Positions 1-9,150 of a stretch of DNA of 51,984 nt are shown here, piece after piece (the stretch's first letter is position 1; the number at the start of each line of letters is the position of its first letter). The position numbers and the translations under genes are program-made. Under the pieces are notes generated by a model, which was not told the DNA's origin, made no database searches, and worked only from the letters and a program-made list of their open reading frames with translations. Source of the stretch: a bacterium (lineage in GTDB: Bacteria; Patescibacteriota; Minisyncoccia; Phycocordibacterales; Phycocordibacteraceae); the NCBI GenBank assembly GCA_021784815.1, contig JAJYHK010000016.1, positions 1 through 51,984 on the forward strand. The letters are read 5' to 3'.

Positions 1-1164
1 CTTCGCGTGCTCGAAGAACTCCACTACCATTGCCATCCCGGCGATAAATCTCGCTATATCGCTGATATACGTCAGGCGCTAATCCAAACCGGCCTTATCG
101 ATGAGCATGCGGTGCAACGAGAGTTGCGATTGAAGGCCGCCTTTAAGGAAACAAGATTCTATAAAACGGGGATCGTCTTTGCGAACGATCGGAAAAAACG
201 TAGCTATGACCATGTGCGCTCCTTCGACCAGCTGGGCGTAAAACGCAAGAACGTGAGCCATGCCGTGTTTTCCGGTTCAGGTATGGAGGAGGGCGTTTTT
301 TCGGATAAGCAGCTGCTCAAGGTGACGATTGCTGCGGATGCCAAAGATATAAAGGTTGTCGATATTGAAGCGCACGTCGTACGGGCGGCCCTTGCTCGGA
401 ATGATTTCTTCTCTTTCTCCAATTTGAAGAATTACATCCCCGCCATCTCCTCTTTGGAAAGTTTCATCGCAGATCCAGGCTATATGGCTGGGCTCAGTAT
501 CACTTTCCGCGGCTCAGAACACGATCTCCGATCTTTAAACAACAGGACGAAATTCGCTGGGCTCGTCACGCTCCTTGCAGAGCTTGAGAAACAGATGACA
601 GAATTGCATACGGAATACGAGGGCACCGAGCAATTCGTGCCTCAACCCATTCGCGTCGTTTTTACGGATAAAAAAATCAAAGTGCGTATACCGAAAGAAG
701 AGTCTCGCGACGATGGGCGCCGGGCCTATCTCGAAGACAAGTCGTGGTACGTCTTTGATACGCAATACGGCACTAGTGAAGAAGAGGCCTTGGTCGATCT
801 GATAGGTCGATATGTAAGCGACCTAGAAAAAGAATTTCGTGAGGTCTACTTGGTCCGTAACGAGCAGCAACTTAAGATATATAACTTTTCTGACGGGCGT
901 GGATTTGAGCCGGATTACCTTCTTTTCCTTGTCGACAAGAAGGGCGAACACCGCACCTACCAACTTTTTATTGAGCCGAAAGGGCAGCATCTACGCGAGC
1001 ACGATCTTTGGAAAGATCAGTTCCTTGAAGAGATGCATGTTCGCTTCAAGGACAAGATATTTACGGGTGAGGCGAAAACCGGCTACCGCGTCATCGGAGT
1101 GCCATTCTATAACAGCGAGGATGAAAACCAGTTTGTAGAAAAAATGCTCGCGGCAATCGCCTGA
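1..1164 (+). CDS. Type III restriction-modification Res subunit, C-terminal part (5' partial)
   Basis: Frame is open from base 1; LRVLEELHYH motif at the helicase C-terminus and a PD-(D/E)XK nuclease motif FEPDYLLF...FIEPKG at the C-terminus. Confidence 0.8.
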   Translation, partial: LRVLEELHYHCHPGDKSRYIADIRQALIQTGLIDEHAVQRELRLKAAFKETRFYKTGIVFANDRKKRSYDHVRSFDQLGVKRKNVSHAVFSGSGMEEGVFSDKQLLKVTIAADAKDIKVVDIEAHVVRAALARNDFFSFSNLKNYIPAISSLESFIADPGYMAGLSITFRGSEHDLRSLNNRTKFAGLVTLLAELEKQMTELHTEYEGTEQFVPQPIRVVFTDKKIKVRIPKEESRDDGRRAYLEDKSWYVFDTQYGTSEEEALVDLIGRYVSDLEKEFREVYLVRNEQQLKIYNFSDGRGFEPDYLLFLVDKKGEHRTYQLFIEPKGQHLREHDLWKDQFLEEMHVRFKDKIFTGEAKTGYRVIGVPFYNSEDENQFVEKMLAAIA

Positions 1165-1249
1165 GTCGGCTTGTCGACTCCAATTTCCCGCTTGATTCGG
1201 GTAGTTTTCCGATCGGGCGCCCGCCCCCGGCCCTTAACCCTGAAATCAC

Positions 1250-2383
1250 ATGGAAAAGACCCTTACCTACGCCGAGTACCAGGCTCGGCTTGAAAATGTG
1301 CGCACTCCCGAGGACGCCGCCGCCCTTGCGGAGGAGTTGACCGCCTCCGCGCTCGCCGCCATCCCGAAGGCCGAGCCGGAGGAGGAAGCTACGACCCCGA
1401 AGGCGAAGTACAAGCGCCGTCTCGGCATCCCCGCAATCGATAAGGACGATCTTGCCTTCGAGCCGTGGTACGACGTGGTTGCGAATGACAACGAGGCGAT
1501 GGTCATCTCGCTCTACGCCAAAGGCCTCACCACCCGCGACATCTCGCGGTATATGAAGGCGCACCACGGACTCGACATCTCCCAGCCCGCTGTATCGGCG
1601 ACCACGGACAAGGTGTTCCCGCTCGTGAAGGAATGGCAGAGCCGATCTCTCGCCGCAATGTATCCGATCCTCTATCTCGACGGCATTCACTTCAAGGTGC
1701 GCGACGCCGGGAAAATTGCCTCAAAGGTCGCGTATATTGCGCTCGGCATCAACCCGTACGGCGTCAAGGAAGTGCTCGGCATCTGGGTGACCGATACTGA
1801 GGGTGCGAAGTATTGGATGCACGTCCTGAATGACATAAAGAATCGTGGTGTCGACGACATTCTGATTGCGTGCGTTGACGGCCTCAAAGGATTCCCCGAG
1901 GCGATTAAGACCGTGTATCCGAACGCGGACGTGCAAGTGTGCATCGCGCACCAGATCCGGAATACGATGAAGTTCCTACCGTTCCATCATCGCGAGGCCT
2001 TCTGCAAAGACCTCAAGAACGTGTACACGGCGGCGAGCGCCGATGCCGGGCGCGAAGCGCTTGAGGAGGTGAAAGAGAAATGGCCGCAGTACCGGCCATA
2101 CCTCCGCAGTTGGGAAGATCGGTGGCCCGAGCTCGCCACGTTCTTCGAATATCCCGCACCAGTTCGCCGTATGATCTACACGACGAACATGATCGAGAAC
2201 TTGAATCGCCAGTTCAGGAAAGTCACCAAAACGACCAACGTGTTCCCGCACGATGATTCGCTCGTGAAGCTTCTGTGGCTCGCGCAGACTGACTTCTCGA
2301 ATGTGCGCTCCGTAGCTCTCCGCAACTGGAGCGAAATCATGGCGCAGCTTTCTGTCCTCTTTGAGGATCGCGTGCGCTTCTAG
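1250..2383 (+). mobile_element. IS256-family (Mutator-like) DDE transposase
   Basis: Motifs LYAKGLTTRDI, LYLDGIHFKVR, ACVDGLKGF, QVCIAH and IYTTNMIENLN; DDE triad intact; exact element ends not resolved. Confidence 0.92.
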
Positions 2384-2419
2384 GTAGCACCTATTAACCA
2401 ACGGCCGGGCAGGGCGCCC

Positions 2420-2448
2420 GCCGAACGCCGCCGAGAGCGGCGTTCGGC
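2420..2448. terminator. GC-rich hairpin between the convergent transposase and HTH genes
   Basis: Perfect 12-bp stem GCCGAACGCCGC/GCGGCGTTCGGC with a 5-nt loop. Confidence 0.6.
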
Positions 2449-2454
2449 TTGACC

Positions 2455-2673
2455 CTATAGGAAGTACTCGACTTTCTTTCCGTACAGCTTCGCGAAACGC
2501 TTCAGCTCGACGATGTCTACGCGCTGTTGCCCGCTTTCAATGTTCGATATGTGCGACTGCGGCCGCCCGATCTTTTTCGCGACTTCCGTTTGGGTAAGTC
2601 CCGCCTCGAGGCGCGCCTTCCTAAGACGTTCGACGAATATCGCATATTCCTTGGTATGGATGCTCTTCGCCAT
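2455..2673 (-). CDS. XRE-family helix-turn-helix regulator
   Basis: RLRKARLEAGLTQTEVAKKIGRPQSHISNIESG, an HTH_3 pattern. Confidence 0.9.
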   Translation of the reverse strand: MAKSIHTKEYAIFVERLRKARLEAGLTQTEVAKKIGRPQSHISNIESGQQRVDIVELKRFAKLYGKKVEYFL

Positions 2674-2841
2674 ACCGATAAGCGTCTATCCGAAAACTCA
2701 ATATCCAAACTTTAGATACTTATGCTACGATTCCGGTATCTGTCACCCTGTCGACAACCCCCTTCGCAAGGTCGGGGAATAAGCTAGGGTGCAGGGCACC
2801 TTGGCCCATGCCAGGGCTTACCCGATCACCCAGATACGTCC

Positions 2842-3459
2842 ATGAAAACCCTAACGACAGATGCAATCCCGGAAGCGCCGACGCCCGAGAAATATTCATT
2901 CGGCACGACATGGGGGTGGCAAGCCTCCGGCCCCATGTTCATCGGACTCGTTTCCGCGTACTACCTCGTCCTTAATCTTTGGGCCGTATTTGTGAGCAAG
3001 GATGGCGAGCAGTTCAATTGGGTGTTACTGACGATCCTCTTAGTCCTACTTGTATGGGCCAGCCAGATAACCAAAATCGAAAAGGGGTGGAGCCTTGCTC
3101 TCAAGGCTAAATGGGTCAAATGGGACTCCATTAAATGGAAAGAGGAGGAAGCGAAACGTACGCTCAACCCGGACGTATACGAAAGCGATCGCGCCTATAC
3201 GAATTCGGCGTCCACTTTCTACTTCTACCAAGCCTCCCGCGTCCTTTCCGTTCTCGTGACGCTCGGGGGAGGCGCGGTGCTCGCGGTGGTCCTATGGAAC
3301 GGCGCTTCCAACTTCCTGAACGGTAACTCTCCCGCGATGAACGTGCTACTTCTCCTGCTGGCCGTGATCGCATGGCAGCTCGTACGGATCAGCGCGATCA
3401 TGTCCTCGAGAAAAAGCGCGAGCGCGGACGATTTCCTCTCTGAGCTCGGGAAGAAGTAA
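2842..3459 (+). CDS. Hypothetical membrane protein
   Basis: 205-aa ORF with about four hydrophobic segments. Confidence 0.65.
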   Translation: MKTLTTDAIPEAPTPEKYSFGTTWGWQASGPMFIGLVSAYYLVLNLWAVFVSKDGEQFNWVLLTILLVLLVWASQITKIEKGWSLALKAKWVKWDSIKWKEEEAKRTLNPDVYESDRAYTNSASTFYFYQASRVLSVLVTLGGGAVLAVVLWNGASNFLNGNSPAMNVLLLLLAVIAWQLVRISAIMSSRKSASADDFLSELGKK

Positions 3460-3475
3460 GTATTGCACCGTTTGA

Positions 3476-4204
3476 TCAGAAGTTCTCGAAGATTTCTTTG
3501 AGCTTCTGCAGATGCTTGGTTTTCAGCACCTCGTCCGGCTTGATAGCGTCTCGGTCGATGTAGAGGGACGGATCGATCTTGAGCGAGGAATGCGCCAATG
3601 GAACATCCTCGTGCCCGAAGCACTTCCGCGCGGCGTCGAGCGCTTCGTTGTGCCACCGAATATGACCGTCGAGGGACGAGAAGAACTTGGCGTAGTGGAA
3701 GCCGAAATCGATTTCGCACCTGGCAGAGAGCTTTATGGTCGCTTCTCTGAGGGCGAGAAGTTTCCCATACGCTTCGACGAACCATTCGATCGATTCCTGG
3801 AATCTTTTCTCCGTCTCCATGTCCCTAAAGACGAGTCGGTGGTTCCGCTCCTCAAACGGAGAAAGACTCTCCACGGAGAGGTCGCAATACGCCGGGTATC
3901 TCATGAACTCTATAAGGACTGGACACGCTCGCAGATGCGCAATCTGCGCATCGTTAAAGAGCATCTCGCCCTCAATCCCCATGATGCCCGCCTGTCGCGC
4001 ACCTTCAACCAAGGTATTCCACTCGCGTCTGCTTTCGGTGTCATTCTTGGATGGTTTCCAGTTCTGAAGCGCTTCCTTGTACGCGGCCGTAAGAGGCTCC
4101 TTGCCAGTTCGGTACGCCTCGATATCGTTTTTAATAAGGAGGAGAAACCGCTCGCGAGCGGTGAGGTTGCTTCGGCTGATGAGATGGTTTAGTTTCTTGT
4201 CCAT
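3476..4204 (-). CDS. Hypothetical protein, last gene of the methyltransferase operon
   Basis: 242-aa ORF starting 2 nt after the upstream stop; protein-like composition. Confidence 0.7.
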   Translation of the reverse strand: MDKKLNHLISRSNLTARERFLLLIKNDIEAYRTGKEPLTAAYKEALQNWKPSKNDTESRREWNTLVEGARQAGIMGIEGEMLFNDAQIAHLRACPVLIEFMRYPAYCDLSVESLSPFEERNHRLVFRDMETEKRFQESIEWFVEAYGKLLALREATIKLSARCEIDFGFHYAKFFSSLDGHIRWHNEALDAARKCFGHEDVPLAHSSLKIDPSLYIDRDAIKPDEVLKTKHLQKLKEIFENF

Positions 4205-4206
4205 GG

Positions 4207-4410
4207 TTATTTCCGTTTCTTAAGCACTTCCTCGAGGAACTCGATCCGTTCCTTGAGATCGACCACCTCGATTGTCCGCGCGAGGGCGAGTGCGAGACGT
4301 GACATCACAATCGCCCGCCGCAGAGTCGTGCGGCGCTCTTTCACTTCGGTAAGGGTGTCCGAGAGGATCAGAGCGGCTTCTTCTGCACTCATGTATTTCT
4401 TGTCCGTCAT
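4207..4410 (-). CDS. Small helical/coiled-coil hypothetical protein
   Basis: Tightly packed in the operon; ends DLKERIEFLEEVLKKRK. Confidence 0.65.
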   Translation of the reverse strand: MTDKKYMSAEEAALILSDTLTEVKERRTTLRRAIVMSRLALALARTIEVVDLKERIEFLEEVLKKRK

Positions 4411-4413
4411 ACG

Positions 4414-4803
4414 TCACATGCCTTCGACGATCTCCATCCACATCCGAGTCTCGGCCGCCTTGCCGGTCTTCGTGACCTCGCGATAGAGGGCGGCGACCAC
4501 GTTCGGCGTGAGCTTCTTGGCCCAGCGGCTGACGCCCTGCATGAGGCCGCCCTGCTCGTCGATGCGTTTGTTCCAGTCGGTGAGGGTGCCGAGGTCTTTG
4601 ATACCGAAACGTTTGGCGAACTCGCTCTGGGTCCGAATCTCAAGCAAGGACATTGCGACCTCGTCGTCGATGCCGAACTTCTCGACAACGTGGCGCGGCT
4701 GGCCGCGCAGGATAGACGGCATAGAACGCCACATGAGGTATGCCTCATATTCTTGCTTCTTATACACGGAGAGCTCCGGGTGTTCATAGGTGGCATCGTC
4801 CAT
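4414..4803 (-). CDS. Hypothetical HTH-like protein (resembles phage terminase small-subunit/HTH proteins)
   Basis: ATG at 4803 just after the MTase stop; TQSEFAKRFGIKDLGTLTDW looks like an HTH. Confidence 0.55.
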   Translation of the reverse strand: MDDATYEHPELSVYKKQEYEAYLMWRSMPSILRGQPRHVVEKFGIDDEVAMSLLEIRTQSEFAKRFGIKDLGTLTDWNKRIDEQGGLMQGVSRWAKKLTPNVVAALYREVTKTGKAAETRMWMEIVEGM

Positions 4804-4810
4804 AGGCGGT

Positions 4811-5569
4811 TCATAGCACTTTCTCGGCTTTCTCTCCGGTGAGCTTCTCCCAGCGAGCAATAATCGCCTCGCAGTATGCCTCCTCAAGCTCAAGCGCATA
4901 GCAGGAGCGGCCGAGATGCTCGCAGGCGATAAGGGTCGAGCCCGAGCCCGCGAAGGGATCGAGTACGATGTCATTCGGTCTCGTGCTGTGGTAGAGGAGA
5001 CGGCGCAGGAGGGCGGGCGGCTTCATCGTTGGGTGGAGGGCGTTCTTCCGGGGCTTCGGATAGAAGAGCGCGGTCTTGTCTCGGGAACCGTAGAAGGCAT
5101 GGGTGCCGTGCCATCCGTACACGATAAGTTCATGCTGGGGGTGGTAGTCTTTACGGCCAACCACGAAGCGATCCTTGAGCCAGATGAGGAGGCCGGACTT
5201 CGTATATCCGGTGTCGTGAAGCGCGTTCAGGAGCTCGCGGAGCTTGGTGTCGCCGTTGAAGATGTAGAAGGCGTTCTTGGGAGCGAGGAAGGGCTTGGCG
5301 GCGGAAAGCCAGTCCTGGGAGAAGCGGTGGTAGTCGTCCGCGCCACTGTCGCCCTTGATCGGGATGAACTTCTGCGTGCCACCCTGGTTGATGGCGTCGA
5401 GGAACTCGCGCTTGCCGTCGACGTAGTCGACGCCATACGGAGGGTCAGTGAGAACGAGTGTTGCCTTATCGCTCCCGAAGAGCCGCTCGAGGTCTTCTCT
5501 CTTTGTCGCATCTCCCTGGAGGAGACGGTGGCGACCGAGCCGCCAGAGATTAGGTGAGTTTTTTGGCAT
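4811..5569 (-). CDS. N6-adenine/N4-cytosine DNA methyltransferase (beta class)
   Basis: TDPPY catalytic motif, HPTMKP, and SAM-binding LDPFAGSGST. Confidence 0.93.
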   Translation of the reverse strand: MPKNSPNLWRLGRHRLLQGDATKREDLERLFGSDKATLVLTDPPYGVDYVDGKREFLDAINQGGTQKFIPIKGDSGADDYHRFSQDWLSAAKPFLAPKNAFYIFNGDTKLRELLNALHDTGYTKSGLLIWLKDRFVVGRKDYHPQHELIVYGWHGTHAFYGSRDKTALFYPKPRKNALHPTMKPPALLRRLLYHSTRPNDIVLDPFAGSGSTLIACEHLGRSCYALELEEAYCEAIIARWEKLTGEKAEKVL

Positions 5570-6911
5570 GGTCGTTCGTGTAATGCTCCCAGCGCTTCAC
5601 GATGACGTCGCAGAAGGTAGGATCGATTTCCATGAGATACGCCTTGCGCTTCAGCTGTTCGGCGGCGATGAGCGTTGAGCCGCTCCCGCCAAAGAGATCG
5701 AGCACCACGTCGCCCGGCGCGGAGCAACGCTTCAGGGGCTTCTCGGCGAGGGTCACTGGCTTTTGCGTCGGGTGCTCGTATTCGCGGGTATTGTCCCGCT
5801 TCACTAGCCAGAGCTGCACGATGCTCATGAGGTCGTCGTATATGCCTTGCGAATTCACGTCCTGGTTCAGGATCTCGCTCAGATTCTTGATGACGTCATT
5901 GACCGGCGGGCTCCCGCGCGTGCCGTACACGCATGTCTCGATGACCTTGTTGAACGCGACCTGGGGCGTCGGGTCGAAGTTGTTCTTCACCCAGAGACAG
6001 AGACGGCGGTTGGTGACGCCGAGCTTTTCATAGAGCGTTTGAAGCATCCAGACGTACCGCTCGTCAGACCAGTAGAAGACGTGGGCGTCGGGATGCGCGG
6101 AGGCAAGTGCGTTTTTAAGCGAGGCCTCCAAGAATGCGCCATATTCAGCGTCTTTCTTTTTGTCGTGCACGTATTTGTCCGGCGTGTACTTGCCGTTCGT
6201 GCCGATGCCGGTGCGGTAGTCGAGACCGATGTTGTACGGAGGATCGCAGTACACCGTGCGGGCTTTCGCGCCGTTCATGAGTTTCTCGATCTCTCCTGCA
6301 TCGAGCGCGCTCTCGCACATAAGGCGATGATCGCCGAGCTGGTATATGTCGCCCCGCTTCGTCTCCGGCGTCGTGATTTTCGTGAGCTCAGCAGGAACGT
6401 TGAAATCGTCGTCCACGACCGTGAGTACGTCGTCGAAGAACCCGTTCAGCTCGTCTGGCGTGAAGCCCACGTCGAGAAGCATGCCGGTATCAAAGAGCTT
6501 CAAGAGCTCCTCGTCCCAGCGACCCTGATTTTTGTTGAGGCGAAGGTTCAATTCCTTCTCACGCTCAATGTCGGGGAGGTTGACGTACACCACCGGAATT
6601 TTGGTCAAGCCCATGGACGCCGCGACTTTGAGCCGAAGATGCCCACCAATGACGATGTTCCTGCGTTTCGCTGCTCCGTTGACTATGATCGGGTCGCAGA
6701 AGCCGAAGCGTTCAATGCTCGTGCGTACGTCGGCGAGAATATTCTCGTCCCATTTGCGCGGATTGTAGGCGCTCAGTTTGAGCGCCCCGACGCTAACTTG
6801 TTCTATCTTGAGATTCTCTGGCGCGACGCGACTGGAAGCTCGGCGAGCCTCGTTTCTTCCCCGTGCGCGTCGACCTTTCGGCTCAGCGTGAGCCGCAGTC
6901 GAGTTTGCCAT
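5550..6911 (-). CDS. ParB/Srx N-terminal domain fused to an N6/N4 DNA methyltransferase
   Basis: YNPRK...SIERFGFCDPIIV...GGHLRLK (ParB-N); CDPPYN, HPTQKP and DLFGGSGST (MTase). Confidence 0.93.
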   Translation of the reverse strand: MANSTAAHAEPKGRRARGRNEARRASSRVAPENLKIEQVSVGALKLSAYNPRKWDENILADVRTSIERFGFCDPIIVNGAAKRRNIVIGGHLRLKVAASMGLTKIPVVYVNLPDIEREKELNLRLNKNQGRWDEELLKLFDTGMLLDVGFTPDELNGFFDDVLTVVDDDFNVPAELTKITTPETKRGDIYQLGDHRLMCESALDAGEIEKLMNGAKARTVYCDPPYNIGLDYRTGIGTNGKYTPDKYVHDKKKDAEYGAFLEASLKNALASAHPDAHVFYWSDERYVWMLQTLYEKLGVTNRRLCLWVKNNFDPTPQVAFNKVIETCVYGTRGSPPVNDVIKNLSEILNQDVNSQGIYDDLMSIVQLWLVKRDNTREYEHPTQKPVTLAEKPLKRCSAPGDVVLDLFGGSGSTLIAAEQLKRKAYLMEIDPTFCDVIVKRWEHYTNDHAKKLT

Positions 6912-7383
6912 AACGAAAAAGCAAGCTGGTAACTTTAATGCCTGCTCTTCAGTTGGCGCCCCGGAGAAATCGCCCCCTCATGTGTCGCGCCCACCTCCTC
7001 TTCGGTCGATATAGCCCGCCGCCGGCTCTGCGTTCTCAGGTATCAACAGTATATATCTGAACACAAACCCGTTCAGATAGTCGTGTGCATAACTTAACCG
7101 TGGAGGAACGCGCTTGACGCGGCTACACGTCTGAAATGCCAAAATAATCACGCTACGATAATTACCGATAGTCAATGTCTTCGGGACATGTGGCCAGCAT
7201 ATACCACGATACTTTTGTGCGGGGAGTGATATTGCTTGCATGTCGCCAATCCTTCTAAAGAGCCGGAATTTTGGCATTGTTTGGCATTTCAACCCCCGAC
7301 CGAGCGGGGTCGATCTGATATGGTGAAAGTCGCCAAAAGGTCCTTGAACTGTCTCGCACTACAAGGTTCGAGACCGAGCCGGG

Positions 7384-7520
7384 GCACAGCAGTCAGCAGC
7401 CTTATTTTAGACCGTGGGAGTTCGTTTTGGTTCGGTTCCGCGCGTCTACCAGGGGTGGGCGACCGTGGCGGGTTCGATTCCTGGAAAGAGCACAGCAGTC
7501 AGCAGCCCTATTTGAGACCG
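7384..7520 (+). repeat. About 31-bp imperfect direct repeat GCACAGCAGTCAGCAGCCyTATTTkAGACCG (7384-7414 and 7490-7520)
   Basis: Two copies with 2 mismatches, seen directly in the sequence. Confidence 0.8.
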
Positions 7521-7595
7521 CCCGGCCTCGAATTTGGTGCGGTACCGTTCGGGGTGTTTGCGGCAGAAAGCGCGATTTCGGTCGCGCTTTCTGCG

Positions 7596-7709
7596 TTAGT
7601 TCTCGAGCGCGATCTTCCGCTCCTTGAGCACGATCCTGCCCTTGAGGTGCGAGAGGAGCTCTCGCTTCTCGGGCAAGGTGCCGTTCTCAAGCAGGTACTT
7701 TGCGTACCG
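7596..7709 (-). pseudogene. Probable C-terminal remnant of a recombinase-family (large serine recombinase) gene
   Basis: RYAKYLLENGTLPEKRELLSHLKGRIVLKERKI resembles, from recall, C-termini of CPR recombinases; truncated next to the att-like repeat. Confidence 0.45.
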
Positions 7710-8025
7710 TCCCTTGCACGGCACGGTCGCAGACCGAGCCGGGGCACAGAGTGAGGGAAAGCTATAACAGCATAGAGCCGGTATAGTTTTGATGAGCGAA
7801 GGTCCTCGGTATGTCCGCATACTGGGGCGCGCGATACGAGACAATATAAGATAAGAGATTGTATCGCTGTTGATCCCAACGCGGTTACGCGACGTACTTC
7901 CTCAGGACGATCGAATCCGCCCATATCCCAACCGCACGTTTCGCGAGGCAAGGGGATACCTCATGCCGTAAAAAGGTGTATGATGCGCGCAGTCCACCAG
8001 CAACGTTTTCTGCAAAGGAGGCATC

Positions 8026-8565
8026 ATGGATCTTGATCTTTCACACTTCCTTACTGAGAGGTGGTCGCTACTGTTGCCGGAGCAAATCGTCCGTGCCGCA
8101 TACGTGCAGTTCAGACGGGTCATAGTAACCACGCACATGGAGGCTGAGTCGGGAACTATGCTGCACTTGGCGGCAAGTGTCGTACCGGATATTCCAATTG
8201 TTTGTCTGAAGGATCCGACTTTCAATCCGGAGTACGCGGAACACCTGCGCAAGGAGCTCAGACTCAACCTGCATGTCTATGAGTACACGGGCGACAAGCT
8301 TAAGGCGCTTGTGTTCCACTGCAAACAGTTTGGTGCCGAAGCTATGATACACGGCATTCGTCGAGATCAGACATCAAACCGGCTACACAAGCGCATGGTC
8401 GAACGCGGCAAACTCGACGGGCTATACCGCGTGCACCCGATTCTTGATTGGACGCAAGCCGATACACAACTCTATTCTGAGCGGCATAAGCTGCCGAAAC
8501 ACCCGACGCTTATGCCGAAAGCCGACCGCACCGAATGCGGGATCCATTGTTTTCTCAGGACTTGA
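8026..8565 (+). CDS. PAPS reductase (CysH) family protein, short and divergent
   Basis: GIRRDQTSNR, RVHPILDWT and C-terminal ECGIH; SD sequence AAGGAGG at 8015-8021. Confidence 0.8.
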   Translation: MDLDLSHFLTERWSLLLPEQIVRAAYVQFRRVIVTTHMEAESGTMLHLAASVVPDIPIVCLKDPTFNPEYAEHLRKELRLNLHVYEYTGDKLKALVFHCKQFGAEAMIHGIRRDQTSNRLHKRMVERGKLDGLYRVHPILDWTQADTQLYSERHKLPKHPTLMPKADRTECGIHCFLRT

Positions 8566-8595
8566 AAAGCGCCCCGGCAAGGCCGGGGCGCTTTT
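8565..8595. terminator. Bidirectional-type intrinsic terminator
   Basis: AAAAGCGCCCCGGC-AAG-GCCGGGGCGCTTTT. Confidence 0.8.
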
Positions 8596-8804
8596 ATCGT
8601 TATCAGAAACCGGCGGCGAGTTCCGCAGGCTGCCGCAGGGCCATTTTGAGCGCCGAAGGGATATGCACGGCGGTGCGCTGGTAAGTGGTTGCATCTACTT
8701 TCATCACTAACGTGTGTTTCTGCGCCGCCTGTATGAGTCTAAGCTCTCCACAAGAGAGTTCCTGTATACCGCCCCCGTCTCACTGCTATAGTACGTTCAT
8801 CGTT

Positions 8805-9149
8805 ATGAACGATGTTATCTATGCATTCTTCGCGGGCGGTACGATAACGGCCGCGGTTACCTGGCTCGAGTTCTCCGGACGCCCCGTGCTTTCGGCCATG
8901 GCGCTTCTTTTTCCGGTGTCGACCTGGCTCTCATATCTCTTTATCGGCCACATTTCCGGCCCCGAGGCAGTGTCGCGCAACGCGCTCTTCGTGATGCTTG
9001 GTACGATTTTCGCATGGATGCCCTACATGTACGTCATCCACTACCTTGCGCCGCGTATCGGTTCGGGGAGGGCGATTCTCGCAGGTATCGCCACGTTTCT
9101 CGTACTCGCTTTTTTGTTTACGATGATTTACGGCAAACTAACCGCATAA
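8805..9149 (+). CDS. Small four-TM membrane protein (GlpM/DUF3147-like)
   Basis: 114 aa, hydrophobic; extended -10 TGcTATAGT upstream. Confidence 0.65.
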   Translation: MNDVIYAFFAGGTITAAVTWLEFSGRPVLSAMALLFPVSTWLSYLFIGHISGPEAVSRNALFVMLGTIFAWMPYMYVIHYLAPRIGSGRAILAGIATFLVLAFLFTMIYGKLTA

Positions 9150-9150
9150 C

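Larger units (their letters stand above)
7371..7749 (+). repeat. 19-bp direct repeat AGACCGAGCCGGGGCACAG (7371-7389 and 7731-7749), tRNA-3'-end/att-like
   Basis: Exact duplicate; the first copy is preceded by GGTTCG, a T-loop-like sequence. Confidence 0.75.

Noticed and set aside
7365-7520. Possible CRISPR array or intact tRNA
   Set aside because: Only two repeat copies about 106 bp apart, no cas genes, and no complete cloverleaf; better explained as att scars
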